DNA from: a virus
IMG/VR virus record: IMGVR_UViG_3300036792_000363
Location: 60,774-124,773 of that record
Reading direction: 5' to 3' (one strand)
DNA: 64,000 nt
The translations under genes were made by a program, and so were the position numbers. Every line of letters starts with the position of its first letter. Position 1 is the first letter of the stretch. Under the pieces are notes generated by a model that did not search any database, was not told the origin of the DNA, and was given only the letters and a program-made list of their open reading frames with translations. Of this stretch, positions 8,687 through 17,086 are shown piece by piece.

Positions 8687-9055
8687 ATGACCTACATGAC
8701 CTACCGCCGCGCCGGGGCCCTCGGGCAGACCCGCGTGCGGCTGACCCGAAGACGCCGCCGGATGCTGCTGGCGCTGCTGGCCGGGGCGGACAACATGCAC
8801 GCCGAGCGGCTGAGTGCGGCGGCCGGGGTGTGGTCGGGGACGGTGTACCCGTTCCTGGAGCACCTGGAGAAAGCCGGCTGGGTGGTCCGCCACCGCCGCC
8901 GGGTGTACCTGCGCGACGTCTACTGCTACGACCTCACCGACGAGGGCCGGGTGCACGCCGCGGGCGCGCTGCTGCTGGTCTTCCCCGGCAAAAGCGAGGC
9001 CCGGCCCGGGTTCGCAGCCCCGGGCCGGGCCTCAACTAGAAGCTTCAGAACATGA
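8687..9055 (+). CDS. PadR-like winged-helix DNA-binding protein
   Basis: SGTVYPFLEHLEKAGWV...YDLTDEGR wHTH pattern. Confidence 0.7.
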   Translation: MTYMTYRRAGALGQTRVRLTRRRRRMLLALLAGADNMHAERLSAAAGVWSGTVYPFLEHLEKAGWVVRHRRRVYLRDVYCYDLTDEGRVHAAGALLLVFPGKSEARPGFAAPGRASTRSFRT

Positions 9056-9737
9056 AGGCGTTGACCCCGATGCCGGTGGGCACCGCGCCCGCGGCCGTCG
9101 GCGGCACCCCGTCCATCGGGCCGCCGGGGAACGGGGCGCCGAGCGAGGCCCCGGACACCGCGCCGCCCCACGGGACGTAGCGCGCCCCCAGCAGCGTCAG
9201 CGCCTGGCCGACGCCGGAGCCGACGCCGTTCTGCAGGATGTTGGTGGTGTCGGTGCCGGAGACCACGTTGCCGTTGAGGATGCCGCGGACCACCACGTTC
9301 CCGAGCGCGTCGACCGGGCCCTTGCCCGCCGGGCTGGGCGGGAACAGGCCGGTGGCGGCGCTGCCCGACAGCGTGATGCCGTCCGGGTTGACGTTGTTGG
9401 TGTTGGAGTTGTACGCGCTCAGGCTGGCCGAGCCGGGGCCGCCGGTGTCGCGCGCGTCGCGCAGCACCCCCACCGGGTTGGCGCGCCCGTCGGTGGCGGC
9501 CGCGTTGTAGGCGAAGTAGCGCCCGCTCGCCGTGTGCCGGGCGATGATGCAGCCGGTCGGCAGGACGCCCTGCCCGGCGGCCAGGGTGACCCCGCGCTGG
9601 GTGAACCCGGCGTAGGACAGCAGGAGTTCCTGGACGGCCTCGGCGTGGAACTCGTCGCCGTAGGGCTGCCCGTACTCATGGGTCGGCTTGCTGTAGCCGG
9701 GCGGGTAGTTGAACTCCACGCTGTCGTTGGCTGGCAT
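9045..9737 (-). CDS. Head decoration protein (gpD/HDPD-like)
   Basis: VTLAAGQGVLPTGCIIARHTASGRYFAYN...GVL pattern; between protease and capsid. Confidence 0.75.
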   Translation of the reverse strand: MPANDSVEFNYPPGYSKPTHEYGQPYGDEFHAEAVQELLLSYAGFTQRGVTLAAGQGVLPTGCIIARHTASGRYFAYNAAATDGRANPVGVLRDARDTGGPGSASLSAYNSNTNNVNPDGITLSGSAATGLFPPSPAGKGPVDALGNVVVRGILNGNVVSGTDTTNILQNGVGSGVGQALTLLGARYVPWGGAVSGASLGAPFPGGPMDGVPPTAAGAVPTGIGVNAFMF

Positions 9738-9764
9738 TCCCGGTGCTCCTTGTGCTCGGCCCGG

Positions 9765-10883
9765 TTACTTCCGGGTGCCGTCCGGCGTGAAGAACTCGCT
9801 GTGCGTGGCGGTCAGGCGCGCCAGTTCCGCGTCGATGTCCTGCTCCTGCTTCTGCTCCCCGTCAGGCCCGCCGATGCCCTTCTGGTTGTTCAGCGCGACG
9901 TACGGGCTGCCGGCGGGGGCGAGGATGGCGTCCAGGCCGGGGCGGTTGGACAGCGCCATCTGGACGGCGACCTCGCGCGTCTTCGGCAGCAGCCGCCCGG
10001 CGGCGATGTACCCGTCCACCTCGGTGCCCGCGGCGGCCAGCTGCAGCTCGTCCACCTTGGTGCTCAGGCCCCGGTTGTCCGCGGCCAGCTCCACCACCGC
10101 GGCGGTCACGTCGGAGAGGGTCAGCTGCCCGTTGTCGGGGGCGGCCAGCTGCACGCCCGCGGCCTTGACCGCCTCGGTGAAGGCGGCGGTGAGCGCGGCG
10201 GCGTCCGGCCCGGCCGGGGGGACGGCGGCGGCCTGCAGGGCGGCGACGTCGATGCCGTGCTCCGTCTTGAGCTGCGCGAGCAGCTCTTCCTTGGTAAGCG
10301 GCACAGGGTCCTCCGGCGCGGCGGTGAGTACGACGACTTCGCCGTCACTATCGGCCGAGGCCGCCAGGACCTCCTTGTAGTCGTCCAGGCCGGTCACGTA
10401 CGGGCGGTTGGTGACCGCCACGTGCAGCAGCGTCGGCCCGGCCTTCTTCCCGGTGGAGCTGTCGGTGTAGTCGGTCGACAGGAACGCCGACGCCCCCAGG
10501 TAGGTCTTGCCGAACTTGTCGGCGTCCTGGCGCGCGTCGATGAGCGCGTACACCTTGTCCCCGCGCGAGCGGATGCCGACCACCTCGCCCAGGTTGGCGG
10601 CCGGGCCCTCGACGTGCTTGTTGTCGTCGTTGGCGAGCGGCACCTGCACGATGTCGCAGGTGCCCCTGGCGAAGTTGTCCTGCATCGCCGCCACGAACGC
10701 GTCGTCGATGTTGATCTTCGCCCCGGTCTTCGGGTGCAGCAGCGTGCCCTTGTTGAGGATGTGCTTCTCGAACAGCCGGCCCTGCACCCGGCGCTCGCGC
10801 GCCAGCGCCACCGGGACGTCGGCCACCGGCCGGAAGGTGTCCGCCCCCGCCGGGGCCGGGACGATGTAGCGCAGGTCATCCAT
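9765..10883 (-). CDS. Capsid maturation protease/scaffold (Mu gpI-like)
   Basis: GASAFLSTDY...LLHVAVTNRPYVTGL protease motif plus Ala-rich scaffold tail. Confidence 0.8.
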   Translation of the reverse strand: MDDLRYIVPAPAGADTFRPVADVPVALARERRVQGRLFEKHILNKGTLLHPKTGAKINIDDAFVAAMQDNFARGTCDIVQVPLANDDNKHVEGPAANLGEVVGIRSRGDKVYALIDARQDADKFGKTYLGASAFLSTDYTDSSTGKKAGPTLLHVAVTNRPYVTGLDDYKEVLAASADSDGEVVVLTAAPEDPVPLTKEELLAQLKTEHGIDVAALQAAAVPPAGPDAAALTAAFTEAVKAAGVQLAAPDNGQLTLSDVTAAVVELAADNRGLSTKVDELQLAAAGTEVDGYIAAGRLLPKTREVAVQMALSNRPGLDAILAPAGSPYVALNNQKGIGGPDGEQKQEQDIDAELARLTATHSEFFTPDGTRK

Positions 10884-10889
10884 GCGCCG

Positions 10890-11018
10890 TTAATCGGATG
10901 ACGGCTCCCGGTTCACCGGCAGCGGGCACGCGCTGAGCAGGCGCAGGAAGTCGAAATCGGGCTCCAGGGTGTACCCGGGCTCCCCGTCGTCGCCCGGCCA
11001 TTCCCTGGTGAACGTCAC
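10890..11018 (-). CDS. Small hypothetical protein (MTFTREWPGDDG..., 42 aa)
   Basis: GTGA-coupled to upstream ORF. Confidence 0.45.
   Translation of the reverse strand: MTFTREWPGDDGEPGYTLEPDFDFLRLLSACPLPVNREPSSD
10892..10897 (-). promoter_or_regulatory. Late promoter motif CCGATT, 8 nt before ATG 10883
   Basis: N8 spacing. Confidence 0.7.
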
Positions 11019-11236
11019 CGCCCGGCCTCCCCGACCGCGACGGCGGCCTGCTTCAGCAGCTCCGCCGCCTGGGCGACCTTCCCCAGGCGGGCCAGGGCCT
11101 CCGCCCGGGCCACCAGGTCCTCCGCCTCCGCCAGCCCGAGCCCCGCCAGCCGCCGCCTCATGTCGGACAGCATGGCGGCCACCTGGTCCCCCGGCAGCGC
11201 CGTCACCCCGTGACGGCGGCTGAACGTTCCCGGCAT
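11015..11236 (-). CDS. Small helical hypothetical protein (73 aa)
   Basis: AGGAGG SD upstream; GC3-rich codons. Confidence 0.6.
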   Translation of the reverse strand: MPGTFSRRHGVTALPGDQVAAMLSDMRRRLAGLGLAEAEDLVARAEALARLGKVAQAAELLKQAAVAVGEAGR

Positions 11237-11247
11237 GGACCCCTCCT

Positions 11248-11264
11248 GCTTGACTTGAGTCTAG
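11248..11264. promoter_or_regulatory. Palindromic operator copy (GCTTGAC-TTGA-GTCTAG) overlapping a host-type -35 (TTGACT-N18-CAGTAT, + strand)
   Basis: Near match to palindrome at 22293 and 53712. Confidence 0.55.
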
Positions 11265-11325
11265 TATTTCGGGCAGTATGGGCCTCGGCAACCAATAGCG
11301 CAATTTCTACCGCAGGAGGCTACGC

Positions 11326-11442
11326 ATGGGACCATCATTCGCCAACGGGCCGAGCGACGGCAAGCCGCGCGAGGTGGCGGCGTCCGAGACCACCTTCTGG
11401 CACTTCGCCCACGGCACCAACCCGGGGGTCTACGCCAGCTAG
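11326..11442 (+). CDS. 38-aa peptide MGPSFANGPSDGKPREVAASETTFWHFAHGTNPGVYAS
   Basis: AGGAGG SD 6 nt upstream and its own host-type promoter; absent from ORF track. Confidence 0.6.
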   Translation: MGPSFANGPSDGKPREVAASETTFWHFAHGTNPGVYAS

Positions 11443-11582
11443 GCTGATTCAGCCTCATCATGCGGCGGGGAGTCCACCACGGGCTCCCCGCCGTTGTCGT
11501 CCCCGGGCAGGGCGGCCTCCTCCGGCGCCCTGGCGGGCGGCGTCACCCAGGCCGGCTCGCGCAGCGTCCACTCGGAATCCAC
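11439..11582 (-). CDS. Small acidic/Pro-rich hypothetical protein (47 aa)
   Basis: GTG 7 nt after upstream stop; stop overlaps the convergent peptide stop. Confidence 0.45.
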   Translation of the reverse strand: MDSEWTLREPAWVTPPARAPEEAALPGDDNGGEPVVDSPPHDEAESA

Positions 11583-11588
11583 GCCGGG

Positions 11589-11816
11589 CTAATCGTGCTC
11601 GGCCAGGCCGGGGATCTGCGCCAGCACCGCCGCGGCCGCCTCCAGGTCCTCCGGGCTGCCCGACACCACCAGGCCGCCGTCGCGCATCGACGCGACGTCC
11701 AGCGGCCCGTAGGCGTAGCTCACCGGGTGGGTGCGGGCGTACTCGAACAGGTTGATGACCGCCAGCGCGTAGGAGAGGGTGCTGTCCCCGAACCACTGGC
11801 GTGTCTGGTCAGCCAC
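11589..11816 (-). CDS. Hypothetical protein (75 aa)
   Basis: Coupled to the Mu-F-like gene; GGGGAAG SD. Confidence 0.6.
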   Translation of the reverse strand: MADQTRQWFGDSTLSYALAVINLFEYARTHPVSYAYGPLDVASMRDGGLVVSGSPEDLEAAAAVLAQIPGLAEHD

Positions 11817-12810
11817 TTCCCCCTGCCAGTCTCTTCAGTACCAGGTCCAGCTGGTGGGCCGCGGCCTGCAGGAACGCCAGGTCGGCCTGGTAGGCCTCCT
11901 CCGGCATGTCCCTGACGTCCTCCGCCGACACGAACCCGGCCGGCTCGGCGGGGGTCACGACGGCGGCCGCCCCTCCGGCCCGGACGATCTCCAGCCAGCA
12001 CCGGCAGAACGGGTGGAGGAGAGGGCCCTGCAGCTGCCCGTGGTACAGGCGGGGCGGGTGCGTGTAGATGATACGCGCGCCCGTCGGCAGGCCGTACCTG
12101 CGCTCCCCCGCCGGGGTGGCCACCCTGCGCTCGGTCCGCTGCGGCAGCGCCACCGCGGTGCCCAGGTAGGGGGCGAAGCTCTCGCGCAGGCCAATCGTCA
12201 CCCCGTTCAGGCGCCGGCACCAGACGCAGCAGGACGGGCTCTCCACGTGCGCCCGCCAGCGCTTCATCAGCCGCTCGCCCCGCGCCTCGCGGGCGTAGGC
12301 ATCCGCCAGCGTCGCCGCGGTGCCTCCGTGGCCCGCCGCCACGCTGGCCGTCATCCGCGCGCGCAGCGCCGCCTTCCGGGCCCAGGCGAGGATCGCGTCC
12401 CGCACCGCGGTGCCGCGCTCCTCCGCCGCCCGGGCCGACGGGTGGTCCCCCGGCTGGGTGACGCCGCGGACGAACCGGGCCGGGCCGACCGACGCGTGCG
12501 CGGTGCGCGTCAGCCCGCGCAGGTGGGGCAGGGCGTCGAAGATCCGGTCGACGTCGGCCAGCAGGTGGCCCAGCGTGGCGTCCTCGCCCGAGCCCCCGGC
12601 GTCGTACCAGGCCTGGCGGACCGCCTCCTCGGCCGCGGAGCGCGCCGTCTCCAGAGCCCCCGACAGCACCGCGTCGACGTCGGGCCGGGCCAGCATCGCG
12701 TCGGCCGACCCGAGCGGGTTGACCCGGGTGACCAGGGCGAGGTACCCGGCCGCCTCGGCCATGGCCGTGGTGATGGCGTCGGCCAGCTGGCGCTCCGCTG
12801 CCTCAGCCAT
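11809..12810 (-). CDS. Head morphogenesis protein, Mu gpF / SPP1 gp7-like
   Basis: KRWRAH...CCVWCRRLNG and PLLHPFCRCWL motifs; follows portal. Confidence 0.75.
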   Translation of the reverse strand: MAEAAERQLADAITTAMAEAAGYLALVTRVNPLGSADAMLARPDVDAVLSGALETARSAAEEAVRQAWYDAGGSGEDATLGHLLADVDRIFDALPHLRGLTRTAHASVGPARFVRGVTQPGDHPSARAAEERGTAVRDAILAWARKAALRARMTASVAAGHGGTAATLADAYAREARGERLMKRWRAHVESPSCCVWCRRLNGVTIGLRESFAPYLGTAVALPQRTERRVATPAGERRYGLPTGARIIYTHPPRLYHGQLQGPLLHPFCRCWLEIVRAGGAAAVVTPAEPAGFVSAEDVRDMPEEAYQADLAFLQAAAHQLDLVLKRLAGGSG

Positions 12811-13279
12811 GTAACTCGGGGTTCAGCTCGCCCCGGAACGACGTGCGGCGGTCCTCCGCGGTGGAGACCACCGTGACCAGGTAGGGGTCCCATCCCGGCT
12901 TGTGCACGGGCGCGTACGGGCGGGCGAGGATCTCGGCCTCCTCCCCGGCGCGCGCGAACGCGAAGTCCTCCATCCGCTCGTGGGTGTCGACGTCGCCCAG
13001 CCGCTCGAACAGCCAGCGGGTCCACGAGTCCCGGTTGTAGGTGGCGGCCGGCACCGCGAAGTAGTGGTTGACGGCGATCACGCGCTCGGGGTGGTAGGTG
13101 TCGCGCCCGCACCGCTGCACCACCAGCGTCATCCCGCGCGCCTCCCCGGTGTGGCGGCCCGGCTTGTCCCGCTGCAGGTCGTCGTCCAGCCAGACCAGCC
13201 AGCCGAGGTCCCGGCGGTAGCGCAGGCGCTCGACCAGATCGGCCAGTTCGATCGGGTACGGCGCGGTCTGGCTCATCAT
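12803..13279 (-). CDS. Hypothetical protein (MMSQTAPYPIELADLV...)
   Basis: Codon-biased C-terminal part of track ORF 12803..14074. Confidence 0.65.
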   Translation of the reverse strand: MMSQTAPYPIELADLVERLRYRRDLGWLVWLDDDLQRDKPGRHTGEARGMTLVVQRCGRDTYHPERVIAVNHYFAVPAATYNRDSWTRWLFERLGDVDTHERMEDFAFARAGEEAEILARPYAPVHKPGWDPYLVTVVSTAEDRRTSFRGELNPELHG

Positions 13280-13284
13280 CTCGG

Positions 13285-13578
13285 TCACCGACCGGAAATC
13301 GGCGGGCGGGGCGGCTGCGCGGGCGGCAGCATGCCCGGCGCCTGCCCGGTCGGGTTCAGGTGCTGGTAGGCGTGACCGGAGATGGCGTCGCCGGGCAGCG
13401 TCGCCAGGTACCCGCCCAGCCCCGGGTAGACGGCCGCCGCGCCGGCGGGGGCGGGGCCCGGCGGGGCGGGAGCCGGGGCGGCCTGCGGCGGCCCCGCCAG
13501 CTCCAGCGCCCGCCCCGCGCTGATCTCCTCCACCAGGTCGCGGGCGAGCGCCATCAGCGCCTCGTGCGGCCCGCTCAC
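13285..13578 (-). CDS. Pro/Ala-rich hypothetical protein
   Basis: GTGA-coupled to portal stop. Confidence 0.55.
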   Translation of the reverse strand: MSGPHEALMALARDLVEEISAGRALELAGPPQAAPAPAPPGPAPAGAAAVYPGLGGYLATLPGDAISGHAYQHLNPTGQAPGMLPPAQPPRPPISGR

Positions 13579-15182
13579 GACCCGCCCAGCCCGTTCCCCT
13601 TGGGCCCGGCGCTGATGGCGCTGCCGCCGGAGGCCGACGTGCCGGTGGCCTGCGTGCCGACCGGCACCTTGATGTGGATGGCGGGCGGCTGGCGCGACCC
13701 GGACGGGCTGCCCGCCCCCGTCGGAGGCTGCTGCTGGGCCTGCTGCGCGGCGGCCTTCGCCTGCTGCGCCATCTGGCGCTGCATCGTCTTCGCCTGCTGC
13801 TCGCGCTGCTCCTGGATCGTGTCGTAGTCCAGGTCGAAGCCGAAGTCCTGGGCCATCCGCTCCTCAAGCGCCAGCATGAACTCGGGGGTGACGTTCGCCT
13901 GCGGGCCGGCCTGGGACAGCTTGTCGAACGTGTCCTGGATCGCGCCCTTCTGCTCCTTGGTGAGCGGGCCCCACTTGAACTGCGGGTACTTCTGCGAGCC
14001 GAAATTCCAGTCGACGAACCGCGGGAAGATGTGGTCGTTGATGATCTGCGCCATCTCCTCCAGGATGCCCTCAAGCATCAGGAAGAAGGTGACGTCATCC
14101 TGCTGGCCGAAGTCGACCATCCGCGAGTCGCCCTGGCCGCCGCCGGTCGAGTCGTCGAACCACTGGGCCAGCACCGACTTGGACATCTGGCTGTTGTGGT
14201 GGTTGATCAGGCCCAGGAAGTCGAACCGCCCGGCCGCCTCGTTGAGCGTCTGCACGGTCCAGTCGGCGGTGGGCACCGCGATGTACTGGGCGAGGCCGAG
14301 CTGGGCGAGCGCGCGGATGAAGTTGCTCTTGTCCTCGGCCGGGGCGTTCGGCACCATCGTGCCCACCCGCAGGCCCACCGCCGCCCGCTGCGCGGCCAGG
14401 TGGGCGATGTAGTAGAGCTTCTCCTTCTTGTCGTAGTGGTAGAAGGCGCTCTCGAACATCGAGACCCCGTAGAACGGCCGCTCCGCCTCCTCGTGGGCGT
14501 AGTAGAGCGCCGTCTCCTTGGCGATCTTCACGTCGATGGTGCGGCCCTGGAAGAACGTCCGCTGCCGGAACCCGTTGAACTCGCCCTGCCCGTCGAGCAG
14601 GAAGGTGAGGGTCTCGCTCGGCCGCCAGTCGAGCTTGCGGAGCGTGTACTTGCCCTTGTTCGGCCCCGTGTCGGGCTGCCAGTACACCATCTCCCAGGCG
14701 GAGAACCCGTTGAACAGGGCCAGCAGCATCTGCTTGACGAACCGGTCGAAGCTGTGGGTCATGCCCCCCTGCGAGCGCGGCGCGAACAGCAGGTCCTTGC
14801 AGAACCTCGCCTCCTCCACCCCGCCGGTCACGCCGTCGGCCGGCACCACGTCCGCGTTCTTCATCGCCGCCAGCAGCGGCTTGGTCAGCAGCCGGTACAG
14901 CGCCCGCGCCTGGCCGTCCCGGCGGCGCATGGTGACCAGCTGGCGGATCGAAACCGGGTCGTCCCTGAAGACTTCCCAGCTGTCGCGGTACGGGGTGGCG
15001 AACGGGAGGAAGTACGGGACGCCGGTGGCGAAGTTGAGCGCCTCGTCGGGCGGCTGGACCAGCTCCTGGTCGTCGGCCAGGCGGTAGCCCTCCTGGCCGT
15101 AGCCCTGGGTGGAGACGCCCATCCCGCCGGGCGGGGCCATGCTGGAGGGTGAGCTGCCCTGCCCGCCGCCTGGAGTGGTCAC
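13575..15182 (-). CDS. Portal protein (DUF935 / Mu gp29 type)
   Basis: LLALFNGFSAWEMVY, PFYGVSMFESAFY, HHNSQMSKSVLAQ, INDHIFPRFVDWNF motifs. Confidence 0.85.
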   Translation of the reverse strand: MTTPGGGQGSSPSSMAPPGGMGVSTQGYGQEGYRLADDQELVQPPDEALNFATGVPYFLPFATPYRDSWEVFRDDPVSIRQLVTMRRRDGQARALYRLLTKPLLAAMKNADVVPADGVTGGVEEARFCKDLLFAPRSQGGMTHSFDRFVKQMLLALFNGFSAWEMVYWQPDTGPNKGKYTLRKLDWRPSETLTFLLDGQGEFNGFRQRTFFQGRTIDVKIAKETALYYAHEEAERPFYGVSMFESAFYHYDKKEKLYYIAHLAAQRAAVGLRVGTMVPNAPAEDKSNFIRALAQLGLAQYIAVPTADWTVQTLNEAAGRFDFLGLINHHNSQMSKSVLAQWFDDSTGGGQGDSRMVDFGQQDDVTFFLMLEGILEEMAQIINDHIFPRFVDWNFGSQKYPQFKWGPLTKEQKGAIQDTFDKLSQAGPQANVTPEFMLALEERMAQDFGFDLDYDTIQEQREQQAKTMQRQMAQQAKAAAQQAQQQPPTGAGSPSGSRQPPAIHIKVPVGTQATGTSASGGSAISAGPKGNGLGGS

Positions 15183-15190
15183 ACCGTTCT

Positions 15191-15196
15191 AATCGG
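15191..15196 (-). promoter_or_regulatory. Late promoter motif CCGATT, 8 nt before portal GTG
   Basis: N8 spacing. Confidence 0.7.
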
Positions 15197-15198
15197 GG

Positions 15199-15528
15199 CT
15201 ACGCTCCGCCCGCGGGCTTGGCCCGGGGGCCTCGGCCCGGCCCGGCGTGCTTCTCCTCGTCGTCCGGCTTGTCGTCCCCGGCCGGGGCGTCGATGATGCC
15301 GGCCAGGTTGGCCGCGGTCACGAACAGGTGGCGGCCGTCGTGCCCCTTCACCTGCAGGCCGATGAAGTTGCCCGCCTCGACCGCCAGCGTCACCTCGCTG
15401 CTGGGGACGCGGACCTCCTCGACCCCGCCCACCGGCTTGATGAGGGTGACGACGACATCGCCCTGCTGCGCGCCGGGGGCGTTGCCGGCCTCGGCCATGA
15501 ACTTGTGCCACATCGGCTGAAGATGCAT
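15199..15528 (-). CDS. Hypothetical late protein (109 aa)
   Basis: Open frame preceded by CCGATT-N8-ATG. Confidence 0.65.
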   Translation of the reverse strand: MHLQPMWHKFMAEAGNAPGAQQGDVVVTLIKPVGGVEEVRVPSSEVTLAVEAGNFIGLQVKGHDGRHLFVTAANLAGIIDAPAGDDKPDDEEKHAGPGRGPRAKPAGGA

Positions 15529-15536
15529 GCCGGCGT

Positions 15537-15542
15537 AATCGG
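15537..15542 (-). promoter_or_regulatory. Late promoter motif CCGATT, 8 nt before ATG 15528
   Basis: N8 spacing. Confidence 0.7.
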
Positions 15543-15557
15543 CTCCGCTACGCTGCC

Positions 15558-15893
15558 GTGGTGAACCTGCCCGCGCCGGTGCCCGAGCCGGACTTCGAGG
15601 ACGCCCTCTCCCGGCCCGACTTCGTGCTGTTCGGCATCACCGACCCGCTGGGCGGGGTGATCCTGTTCGCGAGCAAGGAACTCACCAAGGCGAAGCTGGA
15701 GAGCAAGGTCGTCGGGCTGGAGGTCGTCCCCCTCGGCCCGATCGTGAAAGCGCGCGTCGCCGACCGGCGGACCACCCTGTACGCGGAGTTCAAGAACTTC
15801 ACCATGATCCGCGCCGAGACCTACCCCGAGGCCTTCCGCTCGCTGATGAGCACCTGGCGGCCCCCGGACCCGCGGCGGGCGCTGCCGCAGTAA
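15558..15893 (+). CDS. Hypothetical protein (111 aa), antisense to the module
   Basis: Good codon bias; host-type -10 TACGCT just upstream (leaderless). Confidence 0.7.
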   Translation: MVNLPAPVPEPDFEDALSRPDFVLFGITDPLGGVILFASKELTKAKLESKVVGLEVVPLGPIVKARVADRRTTLYAEFKNFTMIRAETYPEAFRSLMSTWRPPDPRRALPQ

Positions 15894-15917
15894 GACCACG
15901 GCGGTGAGCATCGAGGG

Positions 15918-15990
15918 TGGCCCTGGCTGGACTCGAACCAGCGCCGTACCGCTTAGGGGGCGGCCGCTCTGTCCACTGAGCTACAGGGTC
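15918..15990 (-). tRNA. tRNA-Arg(CCT), C33
   Basis: Cloverleaf; loop CC-CCT-AA; A20. Confidence 0.85.
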
Positions 15991-15991
15991 C

Positions 15992-16068
15992 TGGAGGCGG
16001 CACCCGGAATTGAACCGGGGTCCATGACGCTTTGCAGGCGACTGCCTAGTCCTCTCGGCCATACCGCC
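15992..16068 (-). tRNA. tRNA-Cys(GCA)
   Basis: Cloverleaf; U73; CCA encoded. Confidence 0.9.
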
Positions 16069-16079
16069 AGGTAATTGCG

Positions 16080-16153
16080 TGCGCCCGGAGGGACTCGAAC
16101 CCCCGGCCTGCTGCTTCGGAAGCAGCCGCTCTACTCCACTGAGCTACGAGCGC
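16080..16153 (-). tRNA. tRNA-Arg(CCG)
   Basis: Cloverleaf; loop TT-CCG-AA. Confidence 0.9.
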
Positions 16154-16154
16154 G

Positions 16155-16241
16155 TGGTGGCAGAACCAGGTGTCGGGCCTGGTATGTCCCGAAGGACGAC
16201 GGCTTTACAGGCCGCTGAGCGTGCCGCCGCTCACTTCTGCC
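16155..16241 (-). tRNA. tRNA-Tyr(GTA), atypical D and T loops
   Basis: Loop CT-GTA-AA, long variable arm, T loop CCCGACA, CCA encoded. Confidence 0.75.
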
Positions 16242-16242
16242 T

Positions 16243-16318
16243 TGGGGTGAGATACGGGAGTTGAACCCGCCTTGCGGGGTCCACGGCCCCGCGCCTTCCC
16301 TCGACGGCAAATCCCACC
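16243..16318 (-). tRNA. tRNA-His(GTG), C33
   Basis: G-1, C73, loop CC-GTG-GA, CCA encoded. Confidence 0.85.
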
Positions 16319-16326
16319 ATGTGAAC

Positions 16327-16392
16327 TGGCAGGGGGCGGACTTGAACCGCCAGTCCCTCGTCAGGTCCCGGATCCGCGCCGGGCTCCTGCCA
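16327..16392 (-). ncRNA. tRNA-like mini RNA lacking a canonical anticodon arm
   Basis: GGCAGG/CCTGCC acceptor-like stem and GGCGG-TTCAAGT-CCGCC T arm; only about 66 nt. Confidence 0.5.
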
Positions 16393-16398
16393 GCTGCG

Positions 16399-16470
16399 TG
16401 GGCGCAGAAGGGATCGAACCTACGACCTGTCCGGTGTGAGCGGACCGCTCTTCCGCTGAGCTATGCGCCC
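16399..16470 (-). tRNA. tRNA-Val(CAC)
   Basis: Cloverleaf; loop CT-CAC-AC. Confidence 0.9.
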
Positions 16471-16587
16471 TTGTTCGCTAGTGCGGGGTACCGGCTCTCC
16501 CGCTCCCTGGTTCACGCCACACCCCCTGCAGGACCCGGGCCCGTGGCGCGCACCTGGGCTGTATCCCGCGGGCACCAGGCCCGCACG

Positions 16588-16660
16588 CGCGTTCGGAGGG
16601 ACTCGAACCCCCAGCCAGCAGCTCCGTAAGCTGTCGCTCTATCCGTTGAGCTACGAACGC
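16588..16660 (-). tRNA. tRNA-Arg(ACG)
   Basis: Cloverleaf; loop TT-ACG-GA. Confidence 0.9.
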
Positions 16661-16671
16661 ATTGTCTTGCG

Positions 16672-16743
16672 TGGGCGTGCCTGGAATTGGACCAGGCACC
16701 TCTTCCGTGTCGGGGAAGCGCTCTGCCGATGAGCTACACGCCC
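16672..16743 (-). tRNA. tRNA-Val(GAC), C33
   Basis: Cloverleaf; loop CC-GAC-AC. Confidence 0.85.
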
Positions 16744-16745
16744 GG

Positions 16746-16761
16746 GTTAACCCTGGTCAAG
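16746..16761. promoter_or_regulatory. Palindromic operator copy GTTAAC-CCTG-GTCAAG
   Basis: Near match to operator; upstream of leaderless + strand ORF (-10 TACCGT). Confidence 0.45.
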
Positions 16762-16790
16762 AGACCGGACATCGCGTACCGTCAGTAAAC

Positions 16791-16925
16791 GTGCTAGCAG
16801 CCTTCATCATCGGAGCCGTGATCGGCTTCCTCGTCGGCAACTGGGTCGGCGGCTGGCGGGCCGTGATCAACGTCAGCCGGGTCGCCCACAACGAACTCAT
16901 GCGCAAGGCCAAGCTGCGCAAATAG
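16791..16925 (+). CDS. 44-aa single-TM membrane peptide (MLAAFIIGAVIGFLVGNWVGGW...RKAKLRK)
   Basis: Hydrophobic N-terminus, basic tail; -10 TACCGT shortly before GTG. Confidence 0.65.
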   Translation: MLAAFIIGAVIGFLVGNWVGGWRAVINVSRVAHNELMRKAKLRK

Positions 16926-16926
16926 G

Positions 16927-17002
16927 CGGTCGAGACGGGATTTGAACCCGCGTTCTTCACCTTGACGGGGTGACGGGGACGGCCGAACTCCCCTACACGA
17001 CC
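16927..17002 (-). tRNA. tRNA-Asp(GTC), C33
   Basis: Cloverleaf; loop CC-GTC-AA; G73. Confidence 0.85.
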
Positions 17003-17012
17003 ATGACCTGCG

Positions 17013-17085
17013 CTCTCCCGATAGGACTCGAACCTATAACCCGCTGGTTAACGGCCAGCCGCTCTGCCAATTGAGCTACGGGGGA
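17013..17085 (-). tRNA. tRNA-Asn(GTT), C33
   Basis: Cloverleaf; loop CC-GTT-AA; G73. Confidence 0.9.
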
Positions 17086-17086
17086 T

